A program made the position numbers and the translations under genes. From Pavona decussata (lineage: Eukaryota), in the NCBI GenBank assembly GCA_977016875.1, contig CDRNST010000067.1, forward strand, positions 558,001 to 622,000: a DNA stretch of 64,000 nt, written 5' to 3'. The notes under the pieces were generated by a model, which was not told the DNA's origin, did no database searches, and saw only the letters and a program-made list of their open reading frames with translations. Of the stretch, positions 12,870 through 25,774 are shown one piece after another (within the stretch, counting starts at the first letter, position 1; the number at the start of each line of letters is the position of its first letter).

Positions 12870-13760
12870 TCGAATTTAGGGCGTGATCTTCCAGGAGGGT
12901 TTCTGACGTCGCAACAGGATACTCATGATACTCCATCCCAGCAAGGTTTCGACTGTTTAGGGCTCTTCACTCTTGGCCTGATTTACTTGCTTTGGTTTGA
13001 TTCCGTTTGGACAGTACAACCAATCAGCAAGGCGATTTCTAAACCTTCCCCATATGGCGGAATCTTATATCTAATCTTGTTAAGGTGTGGCCACTTGTCG
13101 ACTATATCTGGTGTCGGAATTTGATATCGTCTGGACGGAATACTTTGTCTAGCTACACCTTTGGTAGCTCAACTTGGGCTCGTTTATCGAGACGCTTCAC
13201 TATCAAACCTTCGACTCTTCGTACGGATAACGTCTTGCGACCAAGCATGGTTCTCAAATTCAAACTGGTTTCAACACCTTCTATGCCAAGTGCATGTTGC
13301 ACTTGTGTGGTGACGACGGCGGTGTCACTTGCGTCATCCAGGAATGCATACACCTTGACTTCCTTATCTGGATTATCCTCACGGAAGAGCACAATTTGAA
13401 CTATTCAACAGTTAATTATGATGCTAGCAGAGTCTGCGATCCAGTTGCGCGCTACGCTTGCTGCATTAGAGTTTGTGGACTCTCTTACAACCGGCTGGCT
13501 TTCACTTGGCATTTCCCTGCTACTAGGGCTTGCTGAGAAGGTTGCGGCCTGAAATCGGACTGTGGATTGTCGCTTGACATAAAAAGGTGACGGAAATGGA
13601 TGAATTGTAAATATGATGGACCCATCAATTCCTGAAAACAGATGACGGCAGTTAATGTCATGGTAACCGCTCACCGTTCTGAGATGCGCCTTCCCAGAAG
13701 GCGGTGTGGCCTGGTGGCCCCAGGTTCTGGTCCCTTTTCTGACCACTAGCTTGCATATGT
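12870..13760 (-). mobile_element. Bel/Pao gag-protease fragment
   Basis: KEVKVYAFLDDASDT (aspartic protease), VELPKV, IPPYGEG..IALLIG, AVETLLGWSI. Confidence 0.8.
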
Positions 13761-14464
13761 TTTAGGGTAGTTCCCTGTTTAAATCTTCAGCCATGCTTTG
13801 TAAATAGCCAACTGGTAAGCCTTCCTGCCAGTTGTGATTTTTAAAGAGTTTCTATTCTGTTTGTTTAAAACATTTGATTACGCGGCGCCACAAGCTTCTA
13901 GCTTAAAATCTAACCGTGTATAAATGAATTTGCTTTGCTGGTTTTACTTTTTTATTTGCTTAACTAACCTTGTTTTTAACCATGCATGGTAGCTACTTTG
14001 CTGCAAACATGAGCTGTGCACCTGATGCAAATAAATATAACGACCCCTGGGTACTAGTTCCAGATGAATGTCGAAGTGACTCTTTAACATTTCCACTTAT
14101 TTAGTCACAGAGATTGTCACAGCAAAATCATCTAAACACCCGTTTGGTAGTGTAAAAAAAAATAATAATAATTGAACTGATCAACTATCCACCTGGAGAA
14201 TAATTGTACTGACATCTCAGACGCCACTGTGCTTTCGCCGTACAACATTTTAGAAATATTTTCCCTCCCCCCCCCCCCCCCCGAGTGACCACGTGACCTA
14301 TATGTTTTCCCATCAGTACTTTGGTGCTCACAAAGCTGGTGGACATCATGAATAAGGGCTATTCGTTATTTTATGTGTGTTCAATTCGTTAATTTCGTTC
14401 TGGTATGCTTGTGAAATTATTATGACTGTTTAAATATAAAGTGAAACAAATTGCACCTTTTTAA

Positions 14465-17400
14465 AGTGCACCTAACCCGTAATTTTTTTTTTCACTAAAA
14501 AGTTCCTTTTATTGTCTGGTTTATTCCCTTGGAAAACTTTTTTGATTTGGTTACATTAAAGAGACACTTTGTCAACAAAATAGTAAAAGTGAAGGTGTCT
14601 ATTCTTAAATACAGGAACAATTTACCAGCGTTTTTGACTGTCTTGGCATTATTTTCCGAAGCGATTGAGACTTTTGATTGATTTTTTTCAATATATATAT
14701 TTTACTGCACTTAAATTACATGAAATGCTGCAGTGTAATCCCATTGAATGACTACTGGTTTGCATATCACACGACAAACTGCTCCAAAGCTATTTCTTTT
14801 CTTGGTTTCTCAAAGGAAGCAGCAAGCAGTGCCGGAATGCTTTCGCGGACGTCCTGAATAGAATTTTTCAGTGCCTGTAGGGAGTCTTCATATTCACGAA
14901 CCTGCGTGTTAAGTAAAGCCTTCGTATAACCTTAAGATAAATAAGTGAGCATAGATGATTCAAAAATGAATTCATTCATGATGTTTCTATGGTGAAAAGC
15001 GTTTAATATGTCAAAATGTCAGGAGTTACCATAGTTTGCCAAGGTTTTTTCTCCTTTCGCACTGAGTGCTCACCCTTCTTATATTTTGGAAATCTGATAG
15101 AGTAGCAGTGTCTTCCCTCTCTGGTTGTGGCATGCACCCAGTCACTGTTCTCATTATAATGAAGGGCAGCTAAGAGCAATCTGGAGAGCAAACAAGAAAA
15201 TGTTAATCAATCACTTGCAACATTGTGTGAGGAGTAAGAAAATGAAAGAAATAATAGTAGAGAAATAAAACTTTAAATTACTCTTATTTCATACAACACC
15301 GGCTAACATGGCCAAAAGCAATATGCTTGGGTACGAAGGCAATGTCTAGACTGTGCAGAGCTTTGAGCGAAGAAGTCTGATATCTTGGAAATATCATCCT
15401 GTCGTCTTTTAACAGCGACTTGCTGAAAAGGATGTCAGTAAGTTTTTTAAAAACCTTGAATGCTATAGATCAGAGGCAATTGGCAGACAGTAACAGATGC
15501 AGCATTTTTCTCGCCCAAAAAAAGGTGAGGATAGCAGAATGTTGCATGTGTTTCTTACAAGGCTGTAACCGTTCTTTATCCATCTCATCTTCGTCCAAAG
15601 GACCATGCTCACATTCAGGGTAAAGGTCATCGTGTCCATCATGAACATCCTGGATGTGGTTTGCTACTGATGTCCACATAGCTTAGAGCATGTCCTTGTT
15701 TCCCTCTGGTGCAGTAGCAGCCACACAGTAGAGGTGATTCACAATGGACTTCCTCCAGAACCCTGGATCCTTGCAATCGTTTTGTTTTGTTATTGCGTCA
15801 GTCCTCTTACCAATACCTTGAAACACATCAATATTCTCATTTGTTAATGAAATGAGACAAAGGTTCATATGGGTAAAACAACCTGTTCTAAGCGATGTTA
15901 CCCTCATTAAGTTGCCTATTTTTCAAGTTTAGGTCCAAATTCACGTGCCTTTTGCAATATGCCAAATGCTGTGGTAGTGAGTTGTTCCTTTTGGCTTCTT
16001 GTTTCTTATGTACGCAGCATTTTGACAGTTCCGATCTGTGATGATGACATCTAACTGGAGATTCTTGCTGGCAAGGAATCTGTCCGTACTAGAAGGCCTT
16101 CGTGTTCACACCAGGAACTGTTTCGTACCTCATTTGACTCAGGAAAGAAAACAAAATTTAAGGCCATTTACATGATAAAACGATGGTAACTGTCTGTAAT
16201 ATTTAGGTCAGCGCTTACTTCAACTTGTTCACCCTCCATATTAGTGACCTGAGCTTTCTGAACAGCCATCTCCTGAGAGCACCACCTCTCCCTCGAGACT
16301 GGACATGGTCTGAATGAGGTAATTTCTTTGGTGCTTGTAAAATGTTTGCCTGCTAAAGCACTCCACCTTCAAGGTCTTAAGCATTCTGAGAGACTCTGAT
16401 ATCATGCTACCCGAGTACAGAATGGCAGTGGATAGCAAAAGATTCCCCAGCAGGTTTCGGTCCAATGTTGGGCTGGCCTCTCCACCTCTGGAATAGCTTC
16501 AGTTTGTGCACTTTTGTGTAACGTGGGTCAGCATCCCTATAACTTTAAATACTTTGGCAGAGGCAGGCTCGGTACAAAGTGGACAGACAGCGAACAGGTT
16601 CATCATCATAGAGTGGAAGACTATGTATTTTTTTTTTCATTTTATGGGGCCACGGGTTCTTTTTCATCATCATCAATTCTGTAATTTAATAAAAGTTCAA
16701 GATAAAATAAAATCTAGCAGGAAGGAAAAGAAAAAATAACAGCTCAATGATAAGAACCAGGTTTGTAAAAATACTGTATTTAAGTTGATCATTTTCAAAT
16801 CCATCAAAGTCATCCTCCTTTTCGTCAAAAGACATATTAAAGGAAGGGATATAGTCCCTGTCTCTCATCGTCCTCACTGCAACCTCCTAAATTCTTCAGT
16901 GGGCTGCACACAGGTGTAGAACTTGGAGGTATGGTGAGTAACTCTCACTGGATTGTCATTTCTTTGGTAGGGGATTGCACTTGCATGCCTGCTGAGAAAA
17001 TTTATCTGTTATCAACTACTGAAGTCGTAAAAACCGCTATTTTGATATTTTGAATAGATAATTAAGGGATTAGTGTGTAATGAAGTGTCATGCTGAGTCG
17101 GTGGGGCGAAGAAAAGAATGTTTGGTTTAATGCACAGATCTGCTCGAAAGGTCAGCACCCAAATCTCTTTACAGTGGTTAAATTACCTTATCACCACGGA
17201 TAATCCAAACAGTTATTTCAAACAGTTCAAACACTTTTCACATCTTTAAGCTACAGAGTAAACCAATTTAGTTAACATTGAATTGCCATGTCTTTGAACC
17301 GGAGTTCTGTTGCAGGAGCGGGTTGTGGTTGCACTGTGGCATCAGACAATGCCACATCTTTGTTTGCTTCTTTTTGCTGGGGTTCTTCAGCGGCTGCCTT

Positions 17401-17940
17401 GACTGGTGCTGGCACAGATGTAGAGCAACTCGCTCACTCATACTTGTTGAATAACTGATACAAAAGAAGCAAAACATGTATGCAAAGTAAATTATTTAAA
17501 TTTTTTTTCTTAAAACCATTGAATTCTTCAATAAATTTTATTACCATTAAAAATTATACTTACCCATTAACTTCCAGTTTTGTATAGCTCTGCCCTTTCG
17601 TGATCTCTTACTAGTTTTCCCAGCCGTTTTTTCTGTTTCCTCGCTTTCCATTGTTTGCTTATGCACTTCTGACAAGGCTTTCTGCTGTGGAGTTTGAGGT
17701 TAAATCGTTGGTACATCACTGTCTGTCAACTTTTTAAAACCATTTCTCGCATGTATACACCCTTGAAGCAGTCTGATGTGAAATGAGCAGTGCAAATTAG
17801 TGAATGTTTTGTCGGCTGTATAAAATCGGATCGCTTGACTTGAACAAATTTAATCCACTGTTGCCGTAAATTTAAGTCTCTTGGAAACATATGCATGGTT
17901 TGATTGCCATTTCTTGATGTAAAGAATTTACATAGGCTTT
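14465..17940 (-). mobile_element. Kolobok-type DNA transposon remnant (THAP plus spliced transposase)
   Basis: TTAA|AGTGCACC terminus at ~14461; THAP-like ICTAHF (~17780); GNLLLSTAILYSG; VLSGDG..S.GH; WRKSIVNHLY; NHIQDVHDGH..ECEHG; RLLLAALHYNEN. Confidence 0.78.
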
Positions 17941-17964
17941 TAGCTAGATAAAGTAGTTACTTAC

Positions 17965-18905
17965 CTGCATTGTATTACTCTTGTAGGAATTACAATTTTC
18001 TTTGCACCATACATCACCATGATGTTTGAAGTGGAAGTTGTCCATTTTTGTGTTGCAGTTTCTGTTCCTGTTGTTCTTGTAGGATGTTCCGTAGAACAAG
18101 AACCTCACGCCAATGTGGAGGTATCCTATTTATTGGGATTATAATTCGCTCTGAGTAAAAAGAAAAATATCGTTGGCACTTGGCCTTACAACGTTCAAAT
18201 GTAACAACAGGATAAAAGAAATTAAACAAACAAAGAAAACTTACCTCTGTAACTCCACATTTAACGCATACACGTAAACTGTCAGTCCAACGTTAATTCA
18301 TCCAGGTTAGCTCAATATTTCAAAGGTTTAACATTGCTTCGTCACAGGTTAGCTCAATATAAAACATTACTTTCTCAACAGGTTAGCTTGCGTAATCTTT
18401 TAACTGATTCAACTTGCGTGATCATTACCCGTCTTTTTGCGAATTTAAATATAGTATGCACAAAACAGCACGCGCAGAGATACAAAAGTTTACAATGTAA
18501 ATGTTCATCCGAACATAGGATTTAGGGCAATTTTTTTAGGTGGCATGCGTCATCATAGCAGATGGGTTGTTTAAGAATGAAAGAAACTTAGTATGGGGAA
18601 AGATTTTATTTATTTCACATCTAGGTGACAGTGTTTAGGCACTGTTAGAGACTGAGGAAAAAAGAAGAAATTATCTCATTCAGCATAGACAATATAAGAT
18701 AAAGTTTTTTGTTAAAAGAATGTTGCTGAGTAATTTGAGTAGGGTGATGGCTTAATGTGCTGTGTTGAAACGTACCTATGCTATGCATTTCAGGCTTCTC
18801 CAGCGGTTCATTGAGATGTGCATATACCTGAGGTTTTCTCTCTTCTCTGAATAGTTCCTTTACACTGATAACTATAGAGCAGGGTTTTGCAATTGCAAGA
18901 ATTCC
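17965..18905 (-). pseudogene. KDZ/CxC-associated-type transposase, C-terminal exons
   Basis: Exon ~18905-18775 GILAIAKPCSIVISVKELF...QVYAHL; CYDDACHLKK (~18535-18565); DNFHFKHHGDVWCKENCNSY (~17985-18045) followed by a gtaag donor. Confidence 0.7.
18085..18515 (-). mobile_element. Solo LTR (431 bp) with 5-bp TSD
   Basis: TGTTC...GAACA termini; TAGGA duplicated at 18080-18084 and 18516-18520; minus-strand AATAAA at ~18130. Confidence 0.8.
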
Positions 18906-19030
18906 TGTGGCAAAATAATTGATATGAAAACTACATTAATTTTTATTTACAGCCCTATGGCAACAAACATTTCAAATCATACAGCCTCAGCTTCTCTAGG
19001 GAAGTTTTATAATATATTTTAGCTTCTTTC

Positions 19031-19168
19031 TGGCATCTCCAATTCACTTTTGTTCTGTGTGTACAGTATATTAATACTATTACATATCATCCAAAAGCCA
19101 CAATTTGGATGATATGCAGTAGTATGGGTATAATGTATACACAGAACAAGAAAGAATTACAGATGCCA
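19031..19168. mobile_element. Palindromic MITE
   Basis: tggcatct..ttgttctgtgtgtaca ... tgtatacacagaacaa..agatgcca. Confidence 0.6.
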
Positions 19169-20020
19169 ACCTTACTGGACCCTCCTCTCCCAAAAATCAC
19201 TTCCCCTTAAAATTTTAGTTTCCCTAACTTAATGCAAATTCCCCGACTATTGCCTAGCCATGTAAAAAAAGTATGGTTCCCCGCTTTTTCCCAAGTGCCA
19301 AAAAAGGCATCTACATTCAAACCTATATTAAGCGTCCAATTCACAAAAATTGTGTCCCTTAGTTAATGAAATTTTGACCTTTATTACCATATTTGCTCGT
19401 GTGTAAGGCGACCCCCCCCCATTTTCAAGGTCAAAAAATTGGATTTTTCATCATTTCTGGTTAAAGAAGTAAAATTCAGACCGATAGAAATTTCCCAAAA
19501 CGTTGATCTTTTATTCCTAAGAATGTATTGAGAGGACGCTGAATTAACAAAAGCAGAGCAAAATGTAATTGTGTGCCGTGAAGTTTATTAGGGCTCTGTT
19601 TACATCGCAATTTAAGCACACACAAGCACTTTGATTTACTTGAGAAGTATTTACGGTATTTGGAACTAAATCGCGTTGAATTTAACTAACCTTTATCTCA
19701 AGGTTGAATTTGAAAGGAGATTTAGGGGACCAAAGGAATGCTGAAGAGCTTCGAAGGATCGCTCAATGAAAACACCGCCATCTTGGAGGACTTGGTAACC
19801 AAACTACGAATTTGAAGAGTACTGGTAACTAAGATAACTCCACATGCTTTCTGAAATTTGTGCGTGCTAGGCAACAGAGAAAAAAATTAAGAAAGACCAG
19901 GGGAGGGCAGGGAATAAATAAAGAGAGTAAATAGACACATTGAATTCGTTGTTGGTCATTGACTTTTGTTAACTTGGTGGCTCCTAAAGGAGCCGTTTGT
20001 AGAGTAAGCAAAGCCCCTGC

Positions 20021-21725
20021 TCACTCAAAGCCAGTGAATTCTTCATCTTCGCTGTCACCAAACAAGTTCTGCCACTCTTCTGATGTTAGGTGATCTGCAT
20101 AAGCTCCTTCATATTCATCCTCATCATCAACTGGGGTGGTAGGTACATCTTTAGTTTCCTCCCAGAGAATTTCGTCCTCTGTGCCATCCATCCAATTGGA
20201 AATGCCGCCCTTCTTGAAGCATTGGGCTACCATCTCGGCCGGAAGACTTGGCCAGGCATCTAGGACCCATGAACATACAGTGGAAAGCGATGCTCCTCTC
20301 ATGTTTCCAGCAGGAGTGAAGCTCTTCTGGCCTTCAATCATCCAGTTGTTCCATTGCTCACAGAGACGATCTTTAAAAGGCTTGTTTAGGGAAACGTCTA
20401 GGGATTCAAGAATGCTTGTTAAACCGCCTGGTATTACAGCAATGTCAGTGTTTGTTTGGCGTACTGCTCGCTTCACTAAGTCGAAAGGACGAGCTTGGAA
20501 GGAGTCCCAAACAAGGAGACTTTTCTTTCTCAGAAGACCGCCGGGTTGAGACTGCCATACTGTCTCTACCCACAACTTCATTCCAGCTTTGTCCATCTAG
20601 CCCTTCGGATGACAGAGTATGAGGACTCCAAGTGGAAAGTTCTCTCTTGGCAAAGTCTTCCGTTTGAAGATCACCATGGGCTTCAGCTTTGTTCTGTCTG
20701 CCAGGCACGCAAGTACAACGGTGAACCGCGATTTCTCATGACCAGTTGTGTTGACTTAGGCCCGGTTCAGACGCCGAACTTTTCATGAGTCGAACCTAAT
20801 ACCTCGAATTAAGGACATGAAAAGTTCGGCGACTGAATCAATTGAGAACGGCTGTGTCAATTTGGAACGGCTCAGCCGTTCTTCCCGCCTGGCTCAACCA
20901 GGAATTTCGGCTTTGGAACGGCTCTGATTCAGACGCCGAACTTTTCATGAGCCGAACCTAATGCATAAATTATTTTAACATATTTCAAATACTGAAAAAA
21001 TTAAAAAATAAAAAACAACGCTGACATTTCGATTGGTTTTGCTTCAAGTAAATTAAGTTCGGCTAATTCAATTCGGCGTCTGAATCAAAAGGCGGCATTT
21101 TCGTGATTTGGGCTGACCTTAATTTGAATTAAGTTCGGCTCATCAAAAGTTCCGCGGCTGAACTGGGCCTTACACAGTTTTGGCTGATGGCATGTCAAAC
21201 CAGACAGGCGTTTCGTCCATGTTCCCAATGTGAACAAGTTCATAATTGCCCTTCCTTCTGCTCTTGATTACAAAGCTGTGGAAGTTTGTGATCTTCTGGT
21301 CAAGATCTTCTGGAAGCTTTTGGGCGATCTTCCTCTTCTGTCGAAGAGCAAGAGTATTCCGTCTAAGGAACTTCGTACACCAGCAGCTGGAAGCCAGGAA
21401 CCCCGTTATTTGCAGTTCAGGGGCCATTGCCTTAGCCTTGATGATAATCATGTTGCTGGTGACAATGTAGCCACTCTGTCTTTGCTCTTCGATCCAGTGG
21501 AGAAGCTTGTCTTCTAAGTTGGGCCACTGGCACGGTTTCCCGCGGTTGCCGCATTTGTTCTTTGGCATGCACTTTAGTTTCTTGACTTGCTTTCGCCAGT
21601 CGCAAACCAACTTTTTGTTGACGCAAAATTTCATGGCCTGCTGCACAGTTTTTTGACTCCTGTGCGAACTTGACGACTTGTAACAAACTTAGCTGAATAT
21701 TTCATACGTTTTGAAGACGTCTTCG
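20021..21725 (-). pseudogene. pogo transposase (Brinker-like DBD, CENPB-HTH, DDE_1)
   Basis: WPNLEDKLLHWIEEQR; GNMDETPVWFDMP; SLLVWDSF; VIPGGLTSILESLDVSLNKPFK; acidic tail. Frameshifts and a MITE insert. Confidence 0.88.
20759..21169. mobile_element. PIF/Harbinger MITE inserted in pogo transposase
   Basis: TTA|ggcccggttcagacgccgaac ... gttccgcggctgaactgggcc|TTA; 3-bp TSD. Confidence 0.85.
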
Positions 21726-23252
21726 TAAACTGGTAAACAGGTGAGAAGTAACGTGGTCGAGACCTTGTTAACAATGTAAACTAAAACACTTACAACTAGG
21801 TTTTGTTTTCTTGTTAACCTGTAGTTACAATGTAATTGGTCCTTTTCTGGTTGCTAACAAGAAGACTGCCCGAGCAACAGCATTTGCCAGGTCACTAAGC
21901 TACCATAATCGTGTGATGAAAACAAAAGTGCAGCACCGTAAAAACAGCAGCAAAGCTGTGCAGATTAAAAGACAATAGAAATCATCTCCAGTAGGTTTGT
22001 GTTTAAACCACTTAAAAATTATTATTTCACACTTTTTTATTGACGAAGAATGCGCCGAAAACTGACGAAACTTGAGCGCAATTAGAACTGGTTTTGTAAA
22101 CTCGGTTTTCCCAATGGACTTCAGGCAATTGCTATGCTAATTTCTCGGATTGCTTGGTCAGGTCTTTGTGTATGACTCGTGTGTAAGTCAAGGGCGATTT
22201 TTTGGCTACCTTTTTGGTCATAAAAGGTCGACTTATACCCAAGTAAATACGGTAAATGGTCACCTCTAATAAGCAGCCGCGGTCGCCCTTGAAGTCCCAA
22301 CTAGCTGTTTCTATTGTCTTGACCTGTTTTAAATGATCACTTTGTAAAAGGAAACCACTTAAATACGGTGACAAATAGCGTACCAGTTAATTGAATTTCT
22401 AATGGCCTTCAATACTAAATGGAAGATCTTGGCATTGCTTTATTCACCAGTTTCTATACCATGTTCTCCTTTGCGATACTAGTATTTTATCACTGCAGTT
22501 TGTTAATCAAATGTTAACTTAGTGACTTTGTGCTTGACATGTATTCTGCGCAACCTGTATTAAGAGGTCAACCTGTTTATTATAAGTGGTCACTTGGCCA
22601 TTCCCCAAGGATGAGCGCTTAATACAGGTCTGACTGTGCTTTTGCAGACTACACCACAATTTCTTAGGGTGAAAAATTGAAACTATGGATAATGTTATCA
22701 CCCACTAAAATAATTATTATTTTTAACAGACTTACTCTCTGGCACAACTGCAACAGGAGGAGGTTAAATTCATTGCAGGCCAGTAGCAAGAAATGATAAC
22801 AGAAATGAGTCATGCGATGCTCTTTCCACATTTTCTTCTGAAAACAAGACAATTTTAAGGTGGAAACAAAAGCAAATAACTTTATGTGACCATTGAACCG
22901 TTTTTCATTTGGGTCTACTTTCTCTGGAACTTCACTTTCAAAGGCCGGTTTTTCCTGTTGAAATAGCAGCAATTCTGTTTAGTAATTAAACTCATTGCAG
23001 AATAAGACACTTGAAAGCTTGCAAGCAGATCTATTCAAGCCTATGACTCAAGTTAGTCCGTACATTATGATTACTAACAACAAATTTTCCATCGCATCTC
23101 TACCTATAACCTGAATATACAGCTGTAGTGTGAGTGAATTTTTTGCTTTGCACATCAAGGAATCAGTTAAGTCACGAGCTCATAATTTTCTGGAACTTGC
23201 AACACTTGATAAGTACTCATCTTGATTCTCAATCCTTGATACTTGATCCTTA

Positions 23253-25280
23253 GGCCCGGTTCATACGTCGAACTTTACATGAGCCGAACCTAATACCTAT
23301 TAAGGTCAACCCAAATAATTAAGTTTGGCAGTTGATTCAGACGTCGAACCTAACTGAAGTCGAACTTAAAGCTAATGTGAGAAAATAGATTTTCGTGGTC
23401 AGCGGCTGTTGTTTTTACTCAGATGAATTCTGACAGGGAAAAGCTGGTTTTTCAGCTGCTTTTCTGAATGCGATCAGAGAAGGCGTCAAAACATACAGCT
23501 ATTATTGGGAAACCTGGTTGCACGGAGAAGGCAAGTTTTGAATGTTGTTTGGTTTCTACTTCTCCTAGTTTCTCAATGAAACAACATCGCAGTTCCTTGA
23601 TCAATTCGTTCTTGTCGTCAGTTGAACAGAAATACTGGCTGGTGGGACAAGGCATGGAATACCTATTCACAGGCAAGGTTCAAGAAAACCTTGCGAATCT
23701 CCCGGCCGACTTTCAATTTCATATTGAATCGTATTGAGTCATTCATCACTAAACAAACTGTAACTGAAGAGCCTATCTCGGCAGAACTGAGGCTTGCTCT
23801 TTTTTTGTGGACAAATTAGTTCAGCCCATCGCACAAAAACAGAAATTGTATCTAAAAGATACCACGGATTGCGTAAACTTCATAGAAAAGACAAAGGTCT
23901 CTCAAGATACTATCTTAGTATCAATGGATGTAACAAGCTTGTATACAAACATACCACAGGAGGAGGGAATTACAACAGTAGGCAAAGCATACAAGGCATT
24001 CCACAGCAATAAACCTCCTATACCGTCACACTACCTCAAAGAAATGCGTTAACTTATCCTTCAGGAAAATTCATTCCAATTTGTTGGAAACAATTATCTT
24101 TAGACCCATGGAACTGCAATGGGTACAAAAATGGCCGTTGCATTTGCAAACATCTTTATGGCCGATATTGAAACAAAAATGATAAGTCAAAGCAAAACAA
24201 AACCAATAGAATGAAAACGTTTTATTGATGACGTTTTCTCACTGTGGGACAGTGACAAAAAGGAAATTAACCTGTTCATTGAACAAGCTAACAACTTCCA
24301 TCCTACAATTAAATTTACGGCCGAGATTTCAGAGAATGAGACAAGCTTTCTCGCCACAATTCTTAAAGGAGAACGATTCAGTAATGGGTCGATCCTTGAC
24401 ATCGGTATGCATGACAAGCTTACTGAACCTTTTAGTATACGCATTATACCTCGAGCCATCCACTGGGTGTGAAGAGGTTTTATTAAAGGCAAAGCACTCA
24501 GACTACTGAAAACAAACTCTTCTGAAACAACGTTCGAACAAAGTATCTCCAATTTTAAATCGCGCCTCATAACACGCTGATACCTCCACAAGACGATACA
24601 GACAACGTTATCAGAAGTCAACTTCGCCGAAAGATAGTCGGTTCTACAACAAAATAAAAAAACTGGTAAAAAAATCTTGCCTTTTGTTACAACATGCTAC
24701 CCATCGGTGCGTAACTGTTGAAATATATTGATGCAAATCTGGAACTTAAAATCAGCCTTTGCTGAAAAGCACGTTCAAACATCCGCCAATTATATCCCAT
24801 AAGAGAGGACATGGTAAGGACATGCTCGTTAGGGCAAAAATATAAGGCAGCGTTCATAAAAATATGCACAACATAATGCAGTGGGTCATGCAGGCCCGCA
24901 TACAGTAGTATTCGTGGCATCCCAGACAAGTGTATTTAGTTGTTTCGAAAGAAGAAGAACAAGCACTTTCCTCTTTTCCCGCCATCTTGTTCGGAATGAA
25001 GTCCTTTTGCGCTGCCAAGTTGATGGAACACGCAGACCTCCGGGATAGATATAATGTAAATAATTTATACGTAACATATGCATTTGGTTCGGCATATGTA
25101 AAAGTTCGACGCCTGAATCGAAGTCGAACTTTTGCCATTCTATTGGCGCAGTCAAATAGAACGGCGGGTCGACCCAAATACAAATCTGTCGATCCTAACT
25201 GATTCATACGTTGATCTTTACATGCGCCGAACCAAATTATTAGGTTCGGCTTATGTAAAGTTCGACGAATGGACCAGACC
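23253..25280 (+). mobile_element. PIF/Harbinger element remnant (TIRs like the 20759 MITE), containing a Penelope fragment
   Basis: TTA|ggcccggttcatacgtcgaac ... gttcgacgaatggaccagacc|TTA; transposase N-terminus WWDKAW..FKKTLRISRPTFNFIL..PISAELRLA (23622-23800). Confidence 0.8.
23800..24860 (+). mobile_element. Penelope-like retroelement RT fragment
   Basis: YLKDTTD..ILVSMDVTSLYTNIP; HGTAMGTKMAVAFANIFM; KRFIDDV; HPTIKFTAE. Stops and frameshifts present. Confidence 0.88.
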
Positions 25281-25774
25281 TTAGAATGTCCCAGGGTTAA
25301 GTATCACTAGAGCCTACCAAGTGAACTTACATTCAATCAGTACTTCAAATTTCACCACAAATTGGTGAGTCTTTGACATGTGTGGTGCTGTGAGTAGCTG
25401 ATATACAAAAAAAGATCAAATTGAATACAACTCAATTTTATATGATTATCAAGTAATAATAAAGTATTATTTTTTGATAACTGTACTCAATTTAATACTC
25501 TCAGCTCTCTTAACCTGGCTTTGGTTTATGTGCATGTAATGCATTTTGGCATAGATTATACCTCTACAACTATATCTAGGGACCATAACTCTAGCTTTAG
25601 ACACCTGCAGTCAGCAACCACCAAGAATTAATGTCTAGGGTAGTTGCTTACATAGGTAGAAAACTGTGTTGTACTTGATTATGAAGCTATCTGCTTTTGA
25701 TTCACATAAACTGTAAGAATTCTACTTCCCACACTGTAACCAGTGGTGGATTACTTTTTGTCGTAAAACTCCTT

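Larger units (their letters stand above)
19387..22252 (-). mobile_element. pogo/Tigger-like DNA transposon, full length and decayed
   Basis: TIRs ta|ccatatttgctcgtgtgtaaggcgacc / ggtcgacttatacccaagtaaatacgg|ta; TA TSD. Confidence 0.88.
19314..22636. mobile_element. Tc1/mariner-type MITE split by the pogo insertion
   Basis: Left part ta|cattcaaacctatattaagcg (19314-19386); right part ...gcgcttaatacaggtctgactg (22253-22636). The halves rejoin at a TA. Confidence 0.55.
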
